Part shown: piece by piece, positions 8,033-17,235 of the stretch
How the letters are laid out: every line of letters begins with the position of its first letter
How positions within the stretch are numbered: position 1 is the first letter of the stretch
From: an uncultured Methanomassiliicoccales archaeon
GTDB taxonomy: Archaea; Thermoplasmatota; Thermoplasmata; RBG-16-68-12; CAYFXO01
Direction of reading: 5' to 3'
Length of the DNA stretch: 32,000 nucleotides
Assembly: GCA_964347125.1 (NCBI GenBank)
Contig: CAYFXO010000001.1
Location: 5,557 to 37,556, forward strand
Position numbers and translations under genes: made by a program
Notes under the pieces: model-generated
Told to the model about the DNA's origin: nothing
The model's database searches: none
What the model saw: only the letters and a program-made list of their open reading frames with translations

Positions 8033-8592
8033 CCGAGGTGGGCCTCCCGCAGCGTCGTGTAGATCGGTCCCTTCGGGGTGAGGACGCTCTGCTTCAGGCG
8101 GACCGCGTCCAGGGTCTGGGCGCCGAACTCCGCCCCCTGGTAGTCCCGCAGGACCTGCTGAAGGCGCTCCTTGTGGCGGCCCCCCTTCACGCGGCCCACG
8201 GTCACGTGGGGCCGGAACGGGCGGCGCTCCCGCTTGAAGCCCAGGGGCTCCAGCCCCGCCTCGAGGTCTGTGGCGATGCCTTCCAGGGGGGCCCCGCCCT
8301 CCATGCCGACCCAGACGACCTTGATGTGGCTGAGGCTGGGGAAGGCCCCCGCCCCGCGGAGGGTGATGGGGATGGCCTCCACCCCGGCGCACGCCTCCTG
8401 CAGCACCTCGTCGACGGCATCCACCGCCCCCTCCTCCGTGTCGCCCAGGAACTTCAGGGTCACGTGGAGAATGTTCAGGTCCACCATCTTGACCGGGGCC
8501 CCGGTCTCGGCCACCGCGGTCGCGAACCCCCGCAACCGCGCCCCCACCTCCAGGTCCGCCGCGATGAAGCACCGGATGGCCGCCACCGTCAC
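8029..8592 (-). CDS. thpR: RNA 2',3'-cyclic phosphodiesterase / 2'-5' RNA ligase family (2H phosphoesterase)
   Basis: Two H-x-T/S-x motifs (HVTLKF and HVTVGR). GTG 8592-8590 overlaps the pyrH stop as GTGA (alternative GTG 8586). The listed 425-aa ORF 8029..9306 is an off-frame read-through of pyrH. Confidence 0.8.
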   Translation of the reverse strand: MTVAAIRCFIAADLEVGARLRGFATAVAETGAPVKMVDLNILHVTLKFLGDTEEGAVDAVDEVLQEACAGVEAIPITLRGAGAFPSLSHIKVVWVGMEGGAPLEGIATDLEAGLEPLGFKRERRPFRPHVTVGRVKGGRHKERLQQVLRDYQGAEFGAQTLDAVRLKQSVLTPKGPIYTTLREAHLG

Positions 8593-9269
8593 TCCACCCG
8601 CGTCCCCACGAAGGGCTGGTCCTCGACGGCGTTCCGGAGGTTCTCCAGGTCCCGCCCGTCCACGACGTAGAGGGGGATGCCCAGGCGGAGCATCACCTTC
8701 GCCCCCTGGGGATCGAAGATCCCCCGCGGGCCCGCCGCCGTGTGCTCGTCGCCCGTGATCTTCAGGAGGCTCTGGAACTTCATCCGGTCGATGCGCCGGG
8801 CGGTGGGCACCTCCCGCGGATCGTCCGTGAAGACCCCCGCGACGTTCGTGGCGTTCACGAGGCGGGAGGCCCCGCACTTCTCCGCCAGGATCGCCGCCAC
8901 GCCGTCCGTGGTGGTCCCGGGGCGCACGCCACCCATGACGACGATGGGGTAGGTCCGGCCGGCCTTCACCGCCTCGTCCTGGTTCCGGGGGACCCGCGGG
9001 TAGGCCCCCTTCCCGAGGGCGGTGAGGAGGAGGCGCGCGTTGAGGCGGGTGAGGACGATGCCGAAGGCGTCCAGGTCCCGCTCCTTCCCCCCAAGGCCCC
9101 GCCCCGTGTCGATGTAGTAGCGGGCGGGCTTCCCGCCCCCCACGACGACGTAGAGGCGGTACTTCTTGGATAGGCCGATGAGCAGGGAGGCCAGGGAGTC
9201 GATGAACCGCACGTCGTCCTCCCCCGGGACGAGGACGGAGCCGCCGATTGAGATGACGACCTTCTCCAC
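8589..9269 (-). CDS. pyrH: archaeal-type uridylate (UMP) kinase
   Basis: GTG 9269 preceded by GGGAGGG SD. KVVISIGGSVL, YVVVGGGKPARYYI, VVMGGVRPGTTTDGVAAILAE. 226 aa, the size I expect for archaeal PyrH. Confidence 0.85.
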   Translation of the reverse strand: MEKVVISIGGSVLVPGEDDVRFIDSLASLLIGLSKKYRLYVVVGGGKPARYYIDTGRGLGGKERDLDAFGIVLTRLNARLLLTALGKGAYPRVPRNQDEAVKAGRTYPIVVMGGVRPGTTTDGVAAILAEKCGASRLVNATNVAGVFTDDPREVPTARRIDRMKFQSLLKITGDEHTAAGPRGIFDPQGAKVMLRLGIPLYVVDGRDLENLRNAVEDQPFVGTRVE

Positions 9270-9304
9270 GGTGCGCCCTCCCGCCGCGGGCGCATCCCCC
9301 CGCC

Positions 9305-9314
9305 ACCTATAAAG
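9305..9314 (-). promoter_or_regulatory. putative TATA box (CCTTTATAGG) for pyrH-thpR
   Basis: Palindromic AT-rich box about 40 nt upstream of GTG 9269, leaving a short SD-bearing leader. Confidence 0.3.
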
Positions 9315-9372
9315 GATACCGCCTGCGGGCCGTTCTCCTCGGGGGCGCCGCCGTAAGGGAGGGGCGCCCGCC

Positions 9373-9384
9373 AAAGGTTATTAC
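9373..9384 (+). promoter_or_regulatory. putative BRE/TATA box (AAAGGTTATTAC) for prf1-argS
   Basis: About 30 nt upstream of ATG 9413. No SD, so leaderless geometry. Confidence 0.35.
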
Positions 9385-9412
9385 CCCGCCTCCCGCTATT
9401 GGGGTCCCACCC

Positions 9413-10636
9413 ATGCCCAGGCAATCCGACATGGACCTCTATCACTTCAAGCGGGAGCTGGAGGCGATCCAGAGGATCGAGGGACGCGGCACGGAACTGG
9501 TCAGTCTGTACGTCCCCCCGGGGAAGCAGATCAGCGACGTGGCGAACTACCTCCGGAACGAGCTCTCGGAGTCCTCGAACATCAAGTCCAAGAGCACCCG
9601 GAAGGCGGTCATGGGGGCCATCGAGTCCATCCTGTCCCGCCTGAAGCACTTCCGCCAGCCCCCGGAGAACGGCATGGTCTTCTTCGTGGGCCAGAAGCTC
9701 CTCGGCGGGGACAAGACGGAGCAGGTGGCGTACGTCATCGAGCCCCCCGAGCCCCTGGGCACGGACCTGTACCGGTGCGACTCCCGGTTCTACACGGAGC
9801 CGCTGGAGGAGATGCTGCAGGAGCGGGACCGCTACGGCCTCCTGGTCATGGACCGGGGCGAGGCGACCCTGGGCAGCCTCCGGGGGAAGCGCATCGAGCC
9901 CATCAAGAACATCCAGTCCCTCGTCCCCAGCAAGCACTCCAAAGGGGGGCAGTCCGCCCGACGCTTCGAGCGCCTCATCGAGATCGCCGCCCACGAGTTC
10001 TACAAGAAGGTGGGGGACCTGGCGAACGAGGCCTTCGCGGGGGAGGATCTGAAGGGCTTCCTCATCGGCGGGCCCGGGGCGACGAAGGACGCTTTCCTGA
10101 ACGGGAGCTACCTCCATCACGAGCTGAAGGGCCTGGTCCTGGGGCCGTTCGACACGGGCTACACGGACGAGTACGGGCTGCGGGAGCTCGTGGGGAAGGC
10201 CCAGGACACCCTCTCCGACCTCGCCCTGATGCGGGAGAAGGACCTCGTGCAGAAGCTCTTCGACGAGATCCGGAAGCCCCACGGCGGCCTGGCGGCGTAC
10301 GGGGAGGAGGAGGTGCTGCGGGCCCTCACCTCGGGGGCGGTGGACACCCTTCTCGTGTCGGAGACCCTGCGGAAGGACCGGGTGTCCTTGCGGTGCGCGT
10401 CCTGCGGTCACACGGAGGAGCGGACGGTGGAGGCGGGGAGCGACGCCATCGCGTGCCCCGAGTGCGGCGCGGCGGCGAGCGTCGGGGAGCGGGCGGACTT
10501 CGTCGACCACCTCCAGGGGCTCGCGGAGGCCTCGGGGAGCACCCTGGAGATTGTCTCAGGCGAGTCGGAGGAGGGGCAGCTGCTGATGAAGGCCTTCGGG
10601 GGCCTGGCGGCCCTCCTGCGGTTCCGGGTGAGCTGA
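9413..10636 (+). CDS. prf1: peptide chain release factor aRF1
   Basis: NIKS motif (SSNIKSKSTR) and GGQ motif (SKGGQSARRFERL), with eRF1/aRF1 three-domain length. C-domain carries CASC...CPEC. Confidence 0.95.
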   Translation: MPRQSDMDLYHFKRELEAIQRIEGRGTELVSLYVPPGKQISDVANYLRNELSESSNIKSKSTRKAVMGAIESILSRLKHFRQPPENGMVFFVGQKLLGGDKTEQVAYVIEPPEPLGTDLYRCDSRFYTEPLEEMLQERDRYGLLVMDRGEATLGSLRGKRIEPIKNIQSLVPSKHSKGGQSARRFERLIEIAAHEFYKKVGDLANEAFAGEDLKGFLIGGPGATKDAFLNGSYLHHELKGLVLGPFDTGYTDEYGLRELVGKAQDTLSDLALMREKDLVQKLFDEIRKPHGGLAAYGEEEVLRALTSGAVDTLLVSETLRKDRVSLRCASCGHTEERTVEAGSDAIACPECGAAASVGERADFVDHLQGLAEASGSTLEIVSGESEEGQLLMKAFGGLAALLRFRVS

Positions 10637-12360
10637 TGACCCACGACCCCTGGGCGGCCGTCCTGGAGGAGGCGGAGGCGCTCCGGCAAAGCGCAGCGCG
10701 CGCCCTGGAGTACCCCGCCATCGACCTCCCCTTCCAGGAGCCGCCGGAGGGGCTGGGGGACTTGGGGTTCCCCGTGTTCCAGCTGGCGCCCGCCCTGCAG
10801 AGAAGCCCCGCGGAGATCGCGTCGGAGCTGGCGGGTGCCATGGAGGCGGGGGCCCTGCTGACGACCCACGCCGCCGAGGGCGGCTACGTGAACTCCCGCC
10901 TGGACCGGGAGGCCTTCGCCCGTCTCACGCTGACCTCCATCCTGGACCGGGAGGACGCCTACGGCACCCACCCGCCCAACAGCATCCGAGTCCTCGTGGA
11001 GCACACGAGCATCAATCCCACCGGCCCCGTCCACGTGGGGCGGGCGCGGAACGCCATCATCGGCGACACCCTGGCCCGCCTCCTGACGATGGCAGGGTAC
11101 GACGTTACCTCGGAGTACCTGGTGAACGACGCGGGCAAGCAGGCGGCCTCCCTGGCGTGGGGGGTCGCGAACGTCCCCGGGGACGACCTCCCGCCCCCCG
11201 CGCGGGAGAAGGAGGACCACGACCTCGTGCGCTACTACCAGAAGGCCAACGAGCTCATGGAGACGGACCGGAGCGTCTCCCTGGCGGTGGGGGACCTCGT
11301 GGTGGCCTTCGAGGGCGGGGACGAGGCCGTTGCGGCCCAAGTGAAGGACGCCGCGGGCCGGGTGATGGAGGGCATCCTGGAGAGCCTCCGGACCCTGGGC
11401 GTGGAGTACGACCGCCTGTTCTACGAGAGCGACGTCGTCCTGGGCGGACGGGTGGCCCGCGTGCTGGAGGACCTCCGCGAGCTCAAGGCCTACCACACGG
11501 AGGACGGGGCGGGGTTCCTGGACCTGGGGGCCTACGAGCTCCCCACCCGCGAGTCGAAGTATTTCCTCACCCGGGGAGACGGCTCCACCCTCTACACGAC
11601 CCGCGACATCGCCTACCACCTGGACAAGTTCACCCGGAGCGACGAGGCCATCAACGTCCTCGGGGAGGACCACAAGCTGGAGTGGCGGGCCCTCTGCGCG
11701 GCCCTGGACCTCATGGGCTCGACCCGCGCCCCGGAGGGGGTGTTCTACGCCTTCATCTCGCTGGAAGAGGGGAAGATGTCCACCCGGGCGGGGACCGTGG
11801 TGAACCTGGACGACCTGATGGACGAGGCCGTCGCCCGCGCCGCGGGGGAGGTGCGGAAGCGGCGGGAGGAGCTCGACGAGGAGGAGCGGGAGGCCATCGC
11901 CCGCATCGTGGGCCTCGGGGCGCTCCGGTACAACGTCATCCGGGTCCAGCCGGAGAAGCGCATAGTCTTCCGGTGGGAGGAGGCCCTGAACTTCGAGGGG
12001 GACAGCGCGCCTTTCATCCAGTACGCCCACGCGAGGACCTGCGGGATCCTCAGGAAGGCCGGGGAGGCGGGGGCCTGGGACGCCGCCGCGCTGAGCCACG
12101 AGCGGGAGGCGGACCTGGTGAGGGCCCTGGCGAAGCTCCCCCACACGATCCTCGAGGCCGCCCGCGCGCGTACGCCCCACACCCTCGCGACCTTCGCGAA
12201 CGCCGTCGCCGCCCTGTTCAACCAGTTCTACCGGGACTGCCCCGTCCTGCAGGCCCCCGACGACCTGCGGGACTCCCGGCTGGCCCTGGTGCGGGCGACC
12301 CGGGCCGTCCTCGCGAACTCCCTGGAGGGCCTGGGGATCCTGGCGCCCTCGGAGATGTAG
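10636..12360 (+). CDS. argS: arginine--tRNA ligase
   Basis: ATG 10636 overlaps the prf1 stop (TGATG). SINPTGPVHVGRARNAIIGD (class I HIGH-type motif), GEDHKLEW, and a C-terminal DALR anticodon-binding-like region ending LGILAPSEM. Confidence 0.9.
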   Translation: MTHDPWAAVLEEAEALRQSAARALEYPAIDLPFQEPPEGLGDLGFPVFQLAPALQRSPAEIASELAGAMEAGALLTTHAAEGGYVNSRLDREAFARLTLTSILDREDAYGTHPPNSIRVLVEHTSINPTGPVHVGRARNAIIGDTLARLLTMAGYDVTSEYLVNDAGKQAASLAWGVANVPGDDLPPPAREKEDHDLVRYYQKANELMETDRSVSLAVGDLVVAFEGGDEAVAAQVKDAAGRVMEGILESLRTLGVEYDRLFYESDVVLGGRVARVLEDLRELKAYHTEDGAGFLDLGAYELPTRESKYFLTRGDGSTLYTTRDIAYHLDKFTRSDEAINVLGEDHKLEWRALCAALDLMGSTRAPEGVFYAFISLEEGKMSTRAGTVVNLDDLMDEAVARAAGEVRKRREELDEEEREAIARIVGLGALRYNVIRVQPEKRIVFRWEEALNFEGDSAPFIQYAHARTCGILRKAGEAGAWDAAALSHEREADLVRALAKLPHTILEAARARTPHTLATFANAVAALFNQFYRDCPVLQAPDDLRDSRLALVRATRAVLANSLEGLGILAPSEM

Positions 12361-12402
12361 GGCTCGCGCTGTATCGACGATGTGTCCACGGGGTCGGCGC
12401 CC

Positions 12403-15400
12403 CTACTTCTTCACCTTCGGCTTCGCCCGCTTCTCGGGCTTCTCGCCCTTCTCCCGCCGACGGAAGCGGATCTCGCCGCGCTGGTACTTCTTGCGAAGCC
12501 ACAGGAGCACGGGGACCGCGATGATCAGCAGGATGATGGCCAGATAGATGAGGGGTCGGACGTAGCCGGGCTCGATGACCCGGACCCAGCCGGGGTTCGC
12601 GTCGTTCGTGTTGTCGCCCCACTCGCCGTCCCATTCGCCCTGGACGGAGGCATTGACGTAGATGGTGTAGTTCCCGATGACATCGCGGGAGAAGGTGATC
12701 TTCGCGGTCTTCGTCTCTCCCGCTGCGAGGCTGTTGTTGACCGGGAGGACCCCAGTCGCGTTGAACCACTGGACGTCCGCGGGGGTCTTCAGCGACACGC
12801 GGTTGCCCGTCTGCCCGCCGGAGAGGAACTCGAACTGCAGCTGGACGTTCGAGGCGTTCGCCCGGCCCTCCAGGTTCTCCACCTGGATGCTCAGGGTCGT
12901 CGTCTGTCCTTGCTCGATGGTGCGAGGCTTCGCGTCGAAGGAGGTGGAGAGCACCCGGACGTTCGGGCGGCTCTCGGGGTCGATGAGGACGACGAGGGTC
13001 ACGTTGACGCTCCCCACGTTCCCCGCCTGGTCCGTCACGTTCAGGGTGACGGTGTACCCCTCGAGGTTCACCTCGTCGTAGACGTGGCTCACGTTGATGA
13101 ACTCCCCGGGCTGGCCGGGGCCCATCCCTTCGCCGTCGTCGAAGGTCCAGTTGAAGGTGAGGTTCGTGATGTCGTCGAAGTTGTCCGTGGTGTCGCTGGC
13201 GTTGAAGTAGACCGTCTGGCCCTCGATGATCTGGACGACCTCCGCGAAGGTCTCGTTGAGGACGACGAACTCCGGCTGGGGCTCGGTGACGTCCTTCACC
13301 CGGACGGAGAGCGTGGCGTTCTGGCTCTCGTGGTCCACCACGTCCGTCACCTTGAGGGTCGCGTTGAACTCGCCGGGCTGGCTGTAGATCTGGGTGGCGG
13401 TCTCGCCGAAGCCGTCGACGGTCCCGTCGCCGTCCCAGTCCCACTCCCAGGTCCCGATGAGGCCGGGGACGGTGCCGAACATCGTGTCGGTGGAGTTGGC
13501 CCCGCTGAATTCCACGGAGGCGCCCTCCTCCACGACGAACGTGGTCCCGTCCATCTCGGCGCCCGAGGTGATGTCCGCGGCGGCCACCGGGTCCTCCACG
13601 TCCACGGAGACGGAGATGTCCCGATAGGTGACGTCCCCGCCCGCTTCCGTGACCGTGAGGTTCACGGTGAAGTTCCCGCCGACGGTGTAGTTGTGGGTGG
13701 CCTGGATGCCGTAGCCGATGAGGGAGGGGTTCGTGTTGTTCCGGAACCTCCAGGTGAAGTTCGCGAAGGGGGAGACGAGGCCGTCGGCGCTGTTCGGGTC
13801 CGTGGAGTCCTCGGCGGAGAACGTGATGTTCTCCATGCCCCGGACGATGACGGTGTAGTTCTCGAAGGACTCGTTGAGGGGGTGGAAGGTGCCGTTGACC
13901 ACCTTCGCCCGGGCCGTCCCGTTGGCGCGCCGCTGGATGTCCAGGGTGGCCGTGGGAACGTCGGGGGCGGAGGCGGGCTTCGTCTTCGGGTCCACGGTGA
14001 CCGTGGTGAAGCCCGTGACCGCGACGTTCGTCGGGTTCGTGGTGTTCCCCACGAGCTCGTACTGGGCGGGGAGTTCGAAGACATACTGGTAGTCCTTCGT
14101 GACCGCGCCGGTGCTGTCGTAGGTGCCGTTCACCACGAGGGTGTACTCCTCTAGGTCGAGTTCGGGGTCGGCCACTGCGTTGTAGATGGCCGTCATGTTG
14201 ACCCAGACCCGGCCGCCCGCGTCGATGGCGGAGTCCGCGTAGGGCGCGAAGGTGGCGGCGAAGGTCAGGGCGTCGCTGCGGTAGTACTCGTTGTCGACGG
14301 TGAGGACATCGCGGGTGACGACGAACCGCGGGCCGCGGTCGAAGAACCAGGTGAGGAAGTTGTCAATCTCCGCGGTCGTCAAGGTGCCGTCACCGTCGCC
14401 GAGGGCGGAGTCGATCTGCAGACGCAGGTTGCTGACCCCGGCGTTCTCCAGGCCGGGGACGGCGCTGTCCGCATTGAGGGACCAGGCCCGCTCGAGCTGG
14501 ATGACGTTCCAGTTCTCGGCGACAAAGCTCACGGTGTTCGTGAAGGTCTCCTTCTCCGCGAGGGAGAGGGTAATGTTGCCCAGGTTCACGGTGCTCCCGG
14601 CGACCGTCAGGCCGCTCAGGGTGTAGGCCGCGTATCCATCGGCGTCCACCACGAGGGTGAAGTTGCCGTTGTAGGTCCCGATCTCGAACTTCGGTCCCGC
14701 AGAGACGCGGGAGAGGGTGCGGTTGTTGTCCTCGTCGTAGAGGACGGCCTTGATGGTCTTCGTGATCCCGAGGCCGCTCGCCGCGTCGAAGACGCGGCCC
14801 CAGACGACTGTCTGAAAGAGGGTGACGTTGTATTCCGTGGGCCCGCCGAGGGGCACGGGCTCGTCCGCGACAGCGTACTCCCGGTCATAGTCGGCGGTGA
14901 GGACGTCGCCATTGAACAAGTCGACGAAGACCGTAATCTCACCGGTGACCAGGTCTGCGTTGTACTCCGAAGTGGGTGTTAGGGGAATCCCGTTCCTGTT
15001 TATCACCAGGGGTGGGATGGGTGGATAAGACAGTCGGCTCGTGTTTGTGAGGTACTCGTAGTCAATTTGGGCGGAGTGATTGTAGAAGCCGACGATGTCG
15101 TCGCCCGGGAATAAGGTCCACATCGAGAGGGACACAATCCCTGTGTTGCGATCAATGGTGTAGTTGGGCATGCCCATGCTAGCATTCTCCACGAGGGGGG
15201 TGTACTCGGTTCCATTCCAGTAGACGAGATCCTCGTTGAGGACGTAAGGGGACAGTCCCACCAGGGTCAGGGGGAACGCGGCCTCGCCGCCTATGGCGTC
15301 AAAGATATTCGTCGAGTTGTCCCAGAACACGGTATGGTTGTATGTCGCCGTTAGGTTGTATTGGGGCGGGAGAGGGGTGTTGTAGGTCACGATGCCCGCC

Positions 15401-16359
15401 GCGGCGTTCAGCACGTAGTCCGACCACACGCTCCCGTTGTTCCGGACCGTGATGTTGAGGATGTCCGCCTTGGCCAAGACCGCCTGGGCCTCGCCGCCGA
15501 GAGATTGCAGCACGAGGGTTTCAGAGAACTGCGCGGTGTAGTTGTAGGACGCGGTCACTTCCGCGTCCGGCCCAAGGGCGGGGGTGAAGCTGACCTCTCC
15601 CGTGGGATAATCTATCGTATAGTCCCCGGGAGACGTCAGGGTCACGGCGTCCGCCACGATCGTTTCTGAGCCGAGGACGACGTTTGGGTTCGCCAGGCGC
15701 CCCGTCTTGCCATGGGGCACAATGTCGATGGTCGCGAAGTGCGGCGAGAGGCCGGTGTGGGTGACGTGAATCTGGTAGGTCCCGCTGTAGAAGTCCAGCG
15801 CGTACGTGCCATCGGTCGCCGTGGTCGTGGCGTTGCTGTACCCCATGTCCGGGTCGATGAGCGTCACCGAGGCCCCCGCGAGGACCTTCCCCGCGGAGTC
15901 GCGGACGGTGCCGGACACCGTCGAGTCGATGACGCGCGTCTCGAGGGGGATGTCCCCGAGGGACTGGTTCTGCCCGAAGTCGAGACGAAGGACGCCGGTG
16001 GTGAAGGTGAAGTAGACCTTCCCGTCCTGGAAGGGGTTCGAGTCGGGTTGGATGATGACCTCGTAGTAGCTGGGCGCGGGAGCCTCCACCTGGAAGTAAC
16101 CGCCCTCGATCGAGAGGGTGTTGGCCACATCGGCGACGCCGTTGGAGATGTCGTCGAGGCGGACACGGATCCCGCTGAGGCCTTCCGCCGGGAGGTTGTA
16201 GGTGCCGGATGCGTCAGTGTCTTCGTAGACCCAGCCAAACAAAATGGGCTTGGCCTGGGTCGCGCTCGCATGCCAGCTCGGCAGTGCCGCCAAGGCGCCC
16301 ATCAGGACGAGGAGCGCCAGCAACACCGCTGCTACACCGTTGGCGTTTCCCGGTTTCAT
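12403..16359 (-). CDS. large type-I membrane-anchored surface (S-layer-like) glycoprotein with carboxypeptidase-regulatory-like, PKD and CARDB-like domains
   Basis: Signal peptide MKPGNANGVAAVLLALLVLMGALAALPSWHASA. Three PKD-like repeats. C-terminal TM (LIYLAIILLIIAVPVLLWL) plus a K/R tail. About 45 N-x-S/T sequons by hand count. GGAGG SD 8 nt upstream of ATG 16359. Confidence 0.85.
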   Translation of the reverse strand: MKPGNANGVAAVLLALLVLMGALAALPSWHASATQAKPILFGWVYEDTDASGTYNLPAEGLSGIRVRLDDISNGVADVANTLSIEGGYFQVEAPAPSYYEVIIQPDSNPFQDGKVYFTFTTGVLRLDFGQNQSLGDIPLETRVIDSTVSGTVRDSAGKVLAGASVTLIDPDMGYSNATTTATDGTYALDFYSGTYQIHVTHTGLSPHFATIDIVPHGKTGRLANPNVVLGSETIVADAVTLTSPGDYTIDYPTGEVSFTPALGPDAEVTASYNYTAQFSETLVLQSLGGEAQAVLAKADILNITVRNNGSVWSDYVLNAAAGIVTYNTPLPPQYNLTATYNHTVFWDNSTNIFDAIGGEAAFPLTLVGLSPYVLNEDLVYWNGTEYTPLVENASMGMPNYTIDRNTGIVSLSMWTLFPGDDIVGFYNHSAQIDYEYLTNTSRLSYPPIPPLVINRNGIPLTPTSEYNADLVTGEITVFVDLFNGDVLTADYDREYAVADEPVPLGGPTEYNVTLFQTVVWGRVFDAASGLGITKTIKAVLYDEDNNRTLSRVSAGPKFEIGTYNGNFTLVVDADGYAAYTLSGLTVAGSTVNLGNITLSLAEKETFTNTVSFVAENWNVIQLERAWSLNADSAVPGLENAGVSNLRLQIDSALGDGDGTLTTAEIDNFLTWFFDRGPRFVVTRDVLTVDNEYYRSDALTFAATFAPYADSAIDAGGRVWVNMTAIYNAVADPELDLEEYTLVVNGTYDSTGAVTKDYQYVFELPAQYELVGNTTNPTNVAVTGFTTVTVDPKTKPASAPDVPTATLDIQRRANGTARAKVVNGTFHPLNESFENYTVIVRGMENITFSAEDSTDPNSADGLVSPFANFTWRFRNNTNPSLIGYGIQATHNYTVGGNFTVNLTVTEAGGDVTYRDISVSVDVEDPVAAADITSGAEMDGTTFVVEEGASVEFSGANSTDTMFGTVPGLIGTWEWDWDGDGTVDGFGETATQIYSQPGEFNATLKVTDVVDHESQNATLSVRVKDVTEPQPEFVVLNETFAEVVQIIEGQTVYFNASDTTDNFDDITNLTFNWTFDDGEGMGPGQPGEFINVSHVYDEVNLEGYTVTLNVTDQAGNVGSVNVTLVVLIDPESRPNVRVLSTSFDAKPRTIEQGQTTTLSIQVENLEGRANASNVQLQFEFLSGGQTGNRVSLKTPADVQWFNATGVLPVNNSLAAGETKTAKITFSRDVIGNYTIYVNASVQGEWDGEWGDNTNDANPGWVRVIEPGYVRPLIYLAIILLIIAVPVLLWLRKKYQRGEIRFRRREKGEKPEKRAKPKVKK
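12985..13857 (-). repeat. three tandem PKD-like domains within the surface protein (coding repeat)
   Basis: FSAEDSTDPNS...FTWRF...THNYTVGGNFTVNLTVTEAGG; FSGANSTD...WEWDWDGDGTVD...QIYSQPGEFNATLKVTDVVDH; FNASDTTD...FNWTFDDG...SHVYDEVNLEGYTVTLNVTDQAGN. Confidence 0.7.
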
Positions 16360-16438
16360 CTCTGTGCCTCCAGCTCAATACTGGATTACCCCCTGTTGGG
16401 GGGCCCAAGGCCAAAGCGAAGGCCGCAGAAGAGATGGG

Positions 16439-16449
16439 GTTATTTAAGC
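16439..16449 (-). promoter_or_regulatory. putative TATA box (GCTTAAATAAC) for the surface-protein gene
   Basis: AT-rich box about 85 nt upstream of ATG 16359, implying a roughly 55-60 nt leader that carries the GGAGG SD. Confidence 0.3.
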
Positions 16450-16540
16450 TTTGAGCAGAGGCACACGGGAGCCCACAACACGACATGGCGTGGCCAAGCC
16501 GCGCAGAAGCGCGCCGAGACGGCACGTGGTCGTGGTGCCT

Positions 16541-16897
16541 TCAGCCCAGCTGCTCGGCCCGCCCCCAGACCTCCTCGGGGAGGCTGTCGTATGCGAACCC
16601 CTCGTCGGGACGGTCCTGCGGGGACTCCGCCTCGGACTCGTCGGGCAGCTCCCAGTAGAAGATCCGCCAGGACTTCCCGGAAGGCAGTAGCACGGTCTCC
16701 CAGGTGCTCCGCAGGAGCCCCAAGTCCTGCAGCCGGTAGAACAGCTTCCGGTCCTCACTGTCGATGGCGTTGTCGATGATTACGGTGCCGTAGCCGAAGT
16801 AGGAGAGGACCGTCTCCGCCATGCCCAAGGCTTCCGCTGACCCGATGCCCGCCTGCCTCTCGATGAGGCTGCCGAGGGTTTCCGGGGTCAGCACCAT
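16541..16897 (-). CDS. hypothetical protein (118 aa)
   Basis: ATG preceded by GTGAGGAGGAGGAG SD. Non-shadow composition (MVLTPETLGSLIERQAGIGSAEALGMAETVLSYFGYGTVIIDNAIDSEDRKLFYRLQDLGLL...). I recognise no family. Confidence 0.6.
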   Translation of the reverse strand: MVLTPETLGSLIERQAGIGSAEALGMAETVLSYFGYGTVIIDNAIDSEDRKLFYRLQDLGLLRSTWETVLLPSGKSWRIFYWELPDESEAESPQDRPDEGFAYDSLPEEVWGRAEQLG

Positions 16898-16933
16898 GGC
16901 CGCTCCTCCTCCTCACTTCTATTGTGTTTGTCC

Positions 16934-16946
16934 TTCTATATATGTC
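16934..16946 (-). promoter_or_regulatory. TATA box (ACATATATAGAAG) for the 118-aa gene
   Basis: The strongest AT-rich element in the window, about 45 nt upstream of ATG 16897. Confidence 0.4.
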
Positions 16947-17058
16947 TTCCGTGGAACCTATCGGGCCTGGTCGCTCCACCTTATCAGAATTGATAGCAGG
17001 GTGAGGCCCTTCAAATAGCGTCGCCTCCGATGAGAACCCGAGCTCAGGCGGGAACCCC

Positions 17059-17235
17059 ATGAAGCGTCGGAGTCGGAAGAGCATGGTGGACATCCGCCGC
17101 GGGGTCACCGTGGTCCACCTGAACGTGGGCTCGGGCTACCTGACTTACCTGGCGACCCCCGGCGACGGGGTGCCGCGCCTCAAGACCATCCTTTTAAGGC
17201 GAAAGAAGCCTGAGGCATACGGCCAGGTTCCATGA
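17059..17235 (+). CDS. small hypothetical protein (58 aa), coupled to the downstream zinc-ribbon gene
   Basis: Below the track cutoff. MKRRSRKSMVDIRRGVTVVHLNVGSGYLTYLATPGDGVPRLKTILLRRKKPEAYGQVP. Clear GC3 bias in this frame. Stop TGA 17233-17235 overlaps ATG 17232 (ATGA). An alternative start is ATG 17083. Confidence 0.4.
   Translation: MKRRSRKSMVDIRRGVTVVHLNVGSGYLTYLATPGDGVPRLKTILLRRKKPEAYGQVP

Noticed and set aside
8593-9306. Upstream part of the listed 425-aa ORF 8029..9306
   Set aside because: It is an off-frame read-through across pyrH. The 2H-phosphoesterase homology starts at the GTG that overlaps the pyrH stop.
12361-12402. Possible bidirectional terminator between the convergent argS and surface-protein genes
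   Set aside because: There is no oligo-T tract and no stable inverted repeat in the 42-bp spacer.
16395-16425. Short hairpins (TTGGG-GGG-CCCAA and GGCC-AAAGCGAA-GGCC) in the 5' leader of the surface-protein gene
   Set aside because: The stems are only 4-5 bp in GC-rich DNA, which is expected by chance. There is no supporting riboswitch-like or terminator context.
16898-17231. AT-richer intergenic stretch examined for a small RNA (box C/D sRNA or other ncRNA)
   Set aside because: I found no properly spaced RUGAUGA/CUGA box pairs and no convincing conserved-looking structure. The region is better explained by a TATA promoter for the 118-aa gene plus a 58-aa coding ORF with GC3 bias.
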